From Paramecium tetraurelia (lineage: Eukaryota), in NCBI GenBank assembly GCA_000165425.1, contig CT868060.1:179359-199358 (forward strand): a stretch of 20,000 bases of DNA. The letters run 5' to 3'. Of this stretch, positions 12,498-20,000 are shown piece by piece. The position numbers and the translations under genes are program-made. The notes below the pieces were generated by a model. The model saw only the letters and a program-made list of their open reading frames with translations, had not been told where the DNA came from and ran no database searches. Position 1 is the stretch's first letter, and every line of letters starts with the position of its first letter.

Positions 12498-12727
12498 ATT
12501 ATATTTAAAAAATTATAATAATGCTCAGAATTAAAATACTTTCATAGAATAAACCAACTATCTCTTAAATACTTATTCATCTTAACTTTTGCAATCAAAT
12601 TTTCTTTTATTATTAATCAATCAAATTCAAATTATAACTTGAATCAATATAAAATCTTATTTGATTTAAATAGTTTCTCTAAGAATATTCATGATTGACT
12701 TAAGCATCTGTTATATAAATATATTTA

Positions 12728-13543
12728 TCACATAATAATCATCACCATTAATCCAATTATCAATGTTACTATAGGACTTTGGCAGGGGACACAACTTCCT
12801 TTACTAGATTTGCTATTACTCCAGTGGTAAGTCCTTGCACTATTACTATAACATTCATTCACATTAAAGTCACTCGGATTGGCTTCTCTACACACACTAT
12901 TTTTAGTATCCCATTCACATGGAATAAAATTGTTTAAATATGGACCTATTGTTGGAACTCCAAAATCACATTAAGATTCCATAGTGTGTTTTGCACATGT
13001 CATATCTCTACACATGTAGGTGAGAGAATCAAAATAGCAAACATATGGTAAACATGACTTTGTTATATTAGTCCACAATTCAGTACATGTTTATAGAATG
13101 ATACACTTCTGCTCTTTCCACATACATTTGCCATTTGGGGAAAAATAGTTATTGCAAGTGTCTGGATCCGTAATATCTGAACACGCCTATTGATATTACA
13201 TGGGTAAACAATTAATTCCATTTGAAGCAGGACAGTAGATATTGGCTGAAATGCATTCAGATTGGTCTTTTCCTGGAATGGCCTGACAGGATGTAAAATC
13301 ATGGCACTATTTATTGAACCAATAACATCTATTTGATGACCAATTACAATGATTTGACCACTCAATGTCAGAACATGCCACGTCTACACACTAATTTTTA
13401 CGTGTATTCCAAGAGCAATCTGAAAATCCACTAAAACAGTCATTTGAATAAATCAATTCTGAACATTTGCAACTATTGCTAATGTCCAAAGTGGCTGATT
13501 TTATCAATTAAGCTGTACTAATTATCAAGATAATTGTTTGCAT
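12728..13543 (-). CDS. cysteine-rich surface protein (Paramecium mini-antigen-like), probably GPI-anchored, 271 aa
   Basis: Intronless code-6 ORF MQTIILIISTAQLIKSATLDISNSCKCSELIYSNDC...CSWN...CYWF...CMWK...CEWD...GSCVPCQSPIVTLIIGLMVMIIM*. It has a signal peptide, periodic C-x-W motifs and a short hydrophobic C-terminus without a cytosolic tail. Confidence 0.85.
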
Positions 13544-13758
13544 ATTTAATAAATGTTAATGACAAGTTTAATTTCGAAAATTCTTATGTTCAAAATTTAA
13601 TCTAATATATAATTGTTATTTAAAATTTCCATATTGTGGAAATTAATATTATAAACATTTAATTTTATTCATAGAAACCTTAACTAAGGGTTTATAAGGA
13701 TGATGTAAAAATGATTATAAACTATTACAATACAATAAATTATGTTAGAGATATTCAA

Positions 13759-14520
13759 TCAAAAATTAATATTCTCAAAATTGCACTACTATTGTTACGA
13801 ACATGTTTCTTTGGATGATCCACTTTCAAATTATCTGCTTAATTCAATTAATTTTAAATTCTAAAGTTTTATTTTAAATTAATTATATCTTTTTTGGATA
13901 TAGTCTATTCTTTAAAACTCTAAATACTATAATTTCTTCTCAATACATTTTTGTATAAACTTTCTAATCTCCGCTATCACTTATTTATTTATAGAAATAT
14001 TAAATAGTTAATATTTTTTCATATCCTCTCGTTTATTCCTTAATTGTAATTAATGGGATTTATTTATTATCCTTTGCTGGTTTTCTATTTTTTATAACTG
14101 TTATTTGTTACAAACATTCTTCAATGCTATTAAAAGTATTGATTCCTTCTTTAATTGAGTTATAATCCCAAAAATTTTTTTAATTATTAAATTAAATGTT
14201 TTCTATTTCTAATTCAATAAATTTTGAATTTCTTCATTTATCTGTCCTATTAAATTATTTTATAACTTTCTCCTTTTCTAATAATCATTATTCTTATTCC
14301 TTTTTATTATTCAAAGTGGTAAATTTCATCTTTATCTAAATTATTTAATAAGTTTTCATTCTTTTAAAAAGAGTTGCTCCAAGTAGTCTTAAATTGAACT
14401 TATAGTTTATTCACCTTAAACTTTCTATTTCTTTATTTACATTAACAATTTTTTTTTATTAATTATGCAGATCTATCTCATCATTATATACCATCAACTT
14501 GTTGTTAAAATTACTATAAA
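13759..14520 (-). pseudogene. probable degenerate coiled-coil gene relic
   Basis: A coding-like K/Q/E-rich frame runs from ~14300 to TGA 13759-13761 (..QNNLIGQINEEIQNLLNQKQ..VIAEIRKFIQKCIEKKLQYLEFQRIDYIQKRYNQF..). Upstream pieces lie in other frames, and plausible introns do not join them into one ORF. Confidence 0.4.
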
Positions 14521-14770
14521 ATTAACTTTTACTTTTTGAATATTTACTAATAATTATAGGAATATGGTTTAATAAGAAATTAATTTGCTACTATTTTTGT
14601 TATCTTTATTACTATAATTCCTTTAGAATCATTAGAATTATTGTAAATTTATGTAGCTTTACCATAAAAATTTAGATGATAAAGTACTTTTTATAAAGGG
14701 ATGACTTTAAAGTCCTTGCAATACATTGGCTTGAAAGTGTATTAAAATAACATGTGTATTTTGATATATA

Positions 14771-15346
14771 TCATATTATTTATTCATTCTTATTCGTTTT
14801 CAATTCTTGTTCTATAAATTTTACAACGTCCTCTTCCAAAAATTAAGTATCAGTATTTTTATTCATTATATTCTTTTACTTCTCTTCTATATAATCAATT
14901 ATCTTATTGCATTTTTTTAAATATCCAACCTTTTAATCAATGTTCCAATAAGAGAATTGTATAAAAAGTTGTTCTTTGAAATTTTTCATGTGGCTTTGTA
15001 AGATTTTGAATTTGTTATTCACTTTTACTTAGTTTTAATTAGTTTCATAGAGATCCCAAATAATATTATCATAATCTTATTATACTTATTATTCTGGTTA
15101 TGCTTGTATAGGTTATCGCTCTCCTTATTCTTATTAGTTACCATCTTACTCATATTTTTTTCTTGACTCAGCGTTGAAAATTTTAAATATGCATAAATCA
15201 CTATATTAATTGATGAAATTGGCTATGGCACATGTCAGATCATAATGAACATGGTAGTACTCTTAAATTAATGGATATAAACAAATGATTTAATAGTGGC
15301 CAAGTTCTGAGTGAAATGCTTCTATGTATTCAAATTTATTGCTCAT
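14771..15346 (-). CDS. hypothetical 191-aa protein
   Basis: Intronless code-6 ORF MSNKFEYIEAFHSELGHYQIICLYPLIQEYYHVHYDLTCAIANF...QFLEEDVVKFIEQELKTNKNEQII*; no recognisable family. Confidence 0.6.
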
Positions 15347-15849
15347 TTATTAAAATGATTAGAATCCTTATTAACTCTTTAAATGTATTCTAACCTATCG
15401 AAATTAGAAGGTACATCATGATTATTTTCTTGAAATTCCAGGACAACCTTAAATAGTTGTAAAATATCTAAAAGAGTACTAAGTTCTACTATGATGGTAT
15501 GTTGTAAGAATAAGAATGTTGAATAATTACTATATTGGCAATCTCTAAATAATAATACTTTGAATCAGATGATTTCTTAATACAAAACGAATTGAATTCA
15601 AGAAATATGTTTGCATCTAATAAATCAAGATGTATATATCAAATTAATCTAAAGTTCTTTAATGTGATACTCTTAAAAATATATTCAATATCAAAAATGT
15701 AAAAACTTTAGAAATTATGAATTTTAAGTTTATGAAAGTAATATAACTATACTCTTTACGGAAAGCTCATAATAAAGTCCTAATTTAAATTTAATAATAA
15801 GTTCAACACAAAAAAAAGTCATTTTAGTTACTTTAATGAAATTGAATAA

Positions 15850-16638
15850 TCAAGATAAATTTTAAAATATAACTAATCCAATATAAACACTCAAAAATAA
15901 AGAAATCCAATAATAACTAAATCTTAGTTCAATCGATTGCATTGTGCAAATTTCTTTTATCCATGTTGAAACTGTTGAGAGACTACCACAAAATCCTTTT
16001 AGGACAGAATTTATAATCTTGTTGCTGTCATCATCAAGATGGATTTTTGAAATCAAGAGTGCTTCAGCTATCCAAACTGCAAACAAATTGCACATTAAAG
16101 TACCAAATGGGAAATCTTTATGATTCAATTTGCTTAAATAACATCTAAGAATTGCTCCAAAAGGTGATAATAATGCTGTTACAATCATACTCCATCTTTG
16201 AAATAGTACTTAAAATATTATCAATTTTAGAAATGCTAAATAAATTAATTTTTGATGGAATGGAAATTTGAATTCAGTTTCAGCATTCTAGCCAAGTTTG
16301 AATCCAGAATATGCAACTGTGGTTCCAATAAATAGATGAATGATGCAATTAAACCATTATTCTGAATTAACTAAATCAATGATGCCAATAATCCAAGATG
16401 AAAAAGTAGTTAAACATCCACAAAATCCTGTGCTGATAGCTAAATGAGAACTGAAATCTCTCTTTTTATATCTATCATTATAAAATCCAATCACAAAGGA
16501 TCCAATAAAATTGTCAAATATATCAATAGGTATAGTCTAGTCTCTAAGAAAGTTGCCAACTATCGATACAATTTCTAATCTCATGCTTACTCCAATATAA
16601 GCTCCTAAGGATAAATATAGAAAATTTTAGTTATCCAT
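15850..16638 (-). CDS. FEX: fluoride exporter, eukaryotic FEX type (two fused Fluc/CrcB domains), 262 aa
   Basis: Intronless. Domain 1 has GAYIGVSMR, NFIGSFVIG and TGFCGCLTTFSSW. A hydrophobic linker follows. Domain 2 (track ORF 15862-16188) has PFGAILR, FPFGTLMCNL and GFCGSLSTVSTW. The true stop is TGA 15850-15852. Confidence 0.92.
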
Positions 16639-16957
16639 TATTATTATGAGTTAATTAAATGATAATTTAAGTGAAGGAAAAACAAGTAAAAAAGAATCAA
16701 AAATACATTGGCCTTGATATGCATGATTTATATTCAATGGAAAGTTGAATATTTTTATAAAAGAAAATATAGAAGAGCAATTCAATTACTTTTTAATTGC
16801 TTAGTCTAAGAGTATATTATTTAATTATGTAGACGGAAATGAATTTGTTAGAAGGTATGATATAAGTTAATACAAATTATTACTAAGTATTACAGAAGTA
16901 AAAGATAGGAAGCATAACAATAATAATAGAAATAATTATGATGTTTTTATTGATATT

Positions 16958-18077
16958 TCATTTTTTTCCAAATAATATCATCAGAATCTGTAATATTCTC
17001 AAGAACAATATGATGATATCGATGTAAATGAACATAGTTCCGATCACGTAATCATCAATACTTAATTGATGAGACTAAAAAAATTATGATATTGTTACCT
17101 TTCCTCCAATAATCAATTGAGTATCATAAATTAGGTAGAAGCCGTAAAGAATTACGGATAAGGAACATAATAAGAGCCATAAGATGATATTAAAAAAGAA
17201 AATGGCAAAGATGAAGAGGATAAACATTATGGAGGACAGAATGAATAAAGCACCACCTAATCACTATTTTTGTAATCAATACCTGCCATAGTAAAATCTG
17301 ATTTTGTTCTGCATGCATAGACAGTTAATGAAGCAGTGACTGCAAATGTCATAAGAGCAGCAATTAAAATCAAGGTTCCACCATTCTCAAAAGCATCCTT
17401 ACAAACTGCACATGAACCAGCAACCACAAATGAAAAGCTAACTGTAAATATTGTTAAAGCAATATAATTATTGGGAACCTAATTGTTTATATTATATATT
17501 GTGTACTTTTCTTGCTACTTTTTTAAAGCAAAAGATAGCGATTTCAGTGACAAAGGAGACAGCAAACATACTCCAATAAAATGGTGTTGCTTTATAACTA
17601 TAAGGATTAATTAATAAATCTCTGAATGCTTTTGAGAAACATGCAATAGCTACCATTACGAATGTCACAAATAATTGAATGGTTAATAAACTGTAAACCT
17701 TAACAATAAATTTCTTTCTTTAATCAAATCCAACATTGCTTAAAAAGGATTCTCCAAGGTCATAATCATCCAAAGGGTTTTTTTCTAATTTTATTTTTAA
17801 ATTTACATTATTCATCTATGACAACATTATGTTGAGGTTGGGTCTATTGATAATAAGGTTATTGTTGGACAGGTTATTAAACTTATTGATATTAGTAATT
17901 AGGTTATTGGGATTGGTAATATTATTATTATGGTGGGTATTACTGTTATTGTTATTAAGGATAGGGTTACTATTATTAGGAATATTACTAAGAATACTAT
18001 TAGGGATATTGTTAGGGGTATTATTATTGATTTTATTGAGCGTACTAAGGGTTTGATTATTAGTATGGATTTGACAT
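16958..18077 (-). CDS. Bax inhibitor-1 superfamily (TMBIM, Lifeguard/GRINA-like) membrane protein, ~339 aa
   Basis: Motifs RKKFIVKVYSLLTIQL, VARKVPNNYIALTIFT, YACRTKSDFT and YLIYDTQLIIGGKSHQLSIDDYVIGTMFIYIDIIILFLRIL. N-terminal Q/P/Y-rich tail. Introns at 17785-17806, 17479-17506, 17257-17282 and 17075-17098. Confidence 0.93.
17829..18077 (-). repeat. low-complexity Q/P/Y-rich coding repeat (QQYPQQY-like units)
   Basis: MSNPYQQSNPQYAQQNQQQYPQQYPQQYSQQYSQQQQPYPQQQQQQYPPQQYYQ..., with most Gln encoded by TAA/TAG. Confidence 0.85.
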
Positions 18078-18339
18078 AAAATTCTATAATATTAATATTT
18101 AAATAACTTAATAAATTATCTTAATAAATAATCAAAATTTTTATAAATCCTTAATCCTTTTTATCAATTTGAACCATCACTACAATGTAATAATCTGAAA
18201 TATTAAATCCAATTATATTTGGTTTTGAAAAAAAAATAATGTGTTTGTTAAGTTTGAGAGATTAGAAAAATAGTAACCATTTTCATGAATTATTGCTAAT
18301 CATTTTTAGATATTTACTTCATATCAAATATATTTATAT

Positions 18340-19934
18340 ACAACATAAAGAGTAAATTTCATGCTTTAAAGCCGCCTACAATAACTATCTCAATAATGTT
18401 AAGCAATATAAAATTAGCTCATTACTTATACTTGAGTTTAAATTCAATGAAGAAATTGAGAACTAAAGGAGATTTTGAGTTGTATTATACCAAAATATAA
18501 TAATGTTTCTGTAACAAAATAGAAAGCAAACGCTTTAACAATTGGGTTTTGTGATTAAGATAAAGATTTTGATAGATTAAAATAGTGGTATTAGATTTGA
18601 AATAATCAGTTTGGGATAGTAATCTAACTTTTCCAACTTAACTAGTTTAATGAATTAGGATTGGATACTTTAAAAATTAAGAGTTAGAATTTTTTCATTA
18701 CTATGTTTTTACTGATGGAAATTTCAATGAAGATAATACCAGTAACCAAGATCGAAGTTAATTATGATAATAGGCTCTAGCTTAATATAAATTATAATAT
18801 TAAGAAGTAATTCATTTTCAACTAGAAATTTATTTTGAAAACTGCAATTAAATTCAAGGTTTGATAGTTTTTATTAAAATATTAATTATATATCTTTTTT
18901 TAAAATACATTTTTCGTTAAATGTCATATCCGTGTATTCATATGCTTGTGTTTTATACATTGAAAATATCATCCTTGTGGCCCCCTGAATTATGAAGTAT
19001 TAAGCTCTTGTAGCATTTTAATTTAATTTATTCTTCCTATACTGTTACAAAATCTGGTACAACATCATTAAAGAAATTAAGACACCTTTTTTAGGTACAT
19101 GATGATCATCAGAACAGGAAGATTTTAATTAACTATATTGCTTCATCATTATGGTTATCGCCTTTTATCATTGCCAAATAATAAGCCGAATTAAAAGAGA
19201 GCATAACACATTTGCTTTTTTTAAATTGAAACCTGCATTGAAAACACTGAATGGAACTTGATTTTTTGAATTTTTATATATTTATGAATTACTATTAATG
19301 TCAAACACTACAAAAAATGGCTTTTAAATTGTAATACTATTAATCATTAACTTTTTGAAATTAGAATTAAAAGGAGAATCAGAAGAATTATTTTGTGATT
19401 CATTATATTAGAATATCGTAATTATGACTTTGAAATATTTGATAGGAGGTGTATAGCGTTCTATAAATTTTCAGCGAGACTAAGATAAGATCAAAATATA
19501 TTATTAATAAATCGAAAAATGCTATTTAGGGATCATCTTAATTAAAAAATCAACCGTTTGTCTCTTCAAGTCATAAATTTAAGAATATCTCTTTAATATA
19601 CCTTTAAATTCCTCAATTGAAAACACTGACAAGATATGGAATTTTAACTATGCAATTTTTAATCATAATCTTTAATATAATTGTTCTGAAGCAGAATGTA
19701 CTAAAACTCTTTTTTCCAATTACAAGAAATTCAACATCTTACTATGAAGAATTTTATGGAAAAATTTTGAAAAATATATCGCTTTCATTATATTACAGAT
19801 GGTCAAATAATAATAATAATAGTAATAATTAATATGAAATAATTTTCATTAGAGTAAAACAACATGATTATTAGAATCGTGAATAATCTAGTTCTCAATC
19901 TCTGAGACACTATGAGGTATGCAGTGGAACCTGC
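18340..19934 (+). pseudogene. subtelomeric degenerate coding-like region, possibly a relic of a large multi-pass membrane protein gene
   Basis: Several coding-like + strand stretches are interrupted by TGA and frame changes. The last frame is open from 19443 (includes track ORF 19617-19832 with a hydrophobic segment GILTMQFLIIIFNIIVL) and runs into the telomere without a TGA. Confidence 0.35.
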
Positions 19935-19997
19935 GGTTTGGGTTTGGGTTTGGGGTTGGGTTTTGGGTTTGGGTTTGGGTTTGGGTTTGGGGTTGGG
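19935..19997 (+). repeat. macronuclear telomeric repeats, mixed G3T3 / G4T2 (Paramecium type)
   Basis: GGTTT GGGTTT GGGTTT GGGGTT GGGTTTT GGGTTT GGGTTT GGGTTT GGGGTT GGG; the G-rich strand runs 5'->3' toward the window end, as expected for a chromosome end. Confidence 0.95.
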
Positions 19998-20000
19998 TCT

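Noticed and set aside
13063..13365. Track ORF, 100 aa, minus strand
   Set aside because: Alternative frame inside the Cys-rich antigen gene; the Cys-periodic frame has the signal peptide and GPI-like tail.
1..13543. Retained IESs or transposon remnants
   Set aside because: Genes are intact once tiny GT..AG introns are removed. No transposase motif or terminal inverted repeat was recognised, and TA-bounded IESs cannot be called without a MIC/MAC comparison.
15355..15594. Possible + strand spliced ORF starting at ATG 15355
   Set aside because: It would start only ~9 nt from a divergent ATG, has no recognisable protein features, and open frames arise easily with a single stop codon.
17829..18056. 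Track ORF, + strand, 75-aa Leu-rich membrane-like peptide
   Set aside because: Antisense shadow of the Q-rich TMBIM N-terminus (TAA/CAA reverse-complement to TTA/TTG Leu).
1..20000. Idea that the many in-frame TAA/TAG mark mass pseudogenisation or a recoded phage/bacterium
   Set aside because: Spliceosomal introns, SmB, telomeres and consistent TGA termination show a ciliate nuclear genome.

Overview
This is very AT-rich, gene-dense eukaryotic DNA that reads as ciliate macronuclear (MAC) sequence, most likely Paramecium of the aurelia type. Three observations support this: TAA/TAG read as Gln with TGA as the only stop, 19 predicted GT..AG introns of 22-29 nt, and mixed G3T3/G4T2 telomeric repeats at the right end. 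The supplied ORF track uses the standard code, so it mostly shows fragments or antisense shadows. Manual translation with code 6 gives two tandem paralogous single-pass membrane proteins, a small coiled-coil protein, SmB, a trichocyst-matrix-like precursor, an uncharacterised ~365-aa protein, a Crescerin/TOGARAM1-type TOG array protein, a Cys-rich mini-antigen-like surface protein, a hypothetical protein, a two-domain FEX fluoride exporter and a TMBIM/Lifeguard protein with a Q/P/Y-rich N-terminus. It also shows probable gene relics, including a degenerate subtelomeric reading frame that runs into the telomere. I found no clearly new biological system. The best leads are the orphan protein at 8182-9279, the telomere-truncated subtelomeric relic, a stop-less 3n intron and the tandem membrane-protein family.
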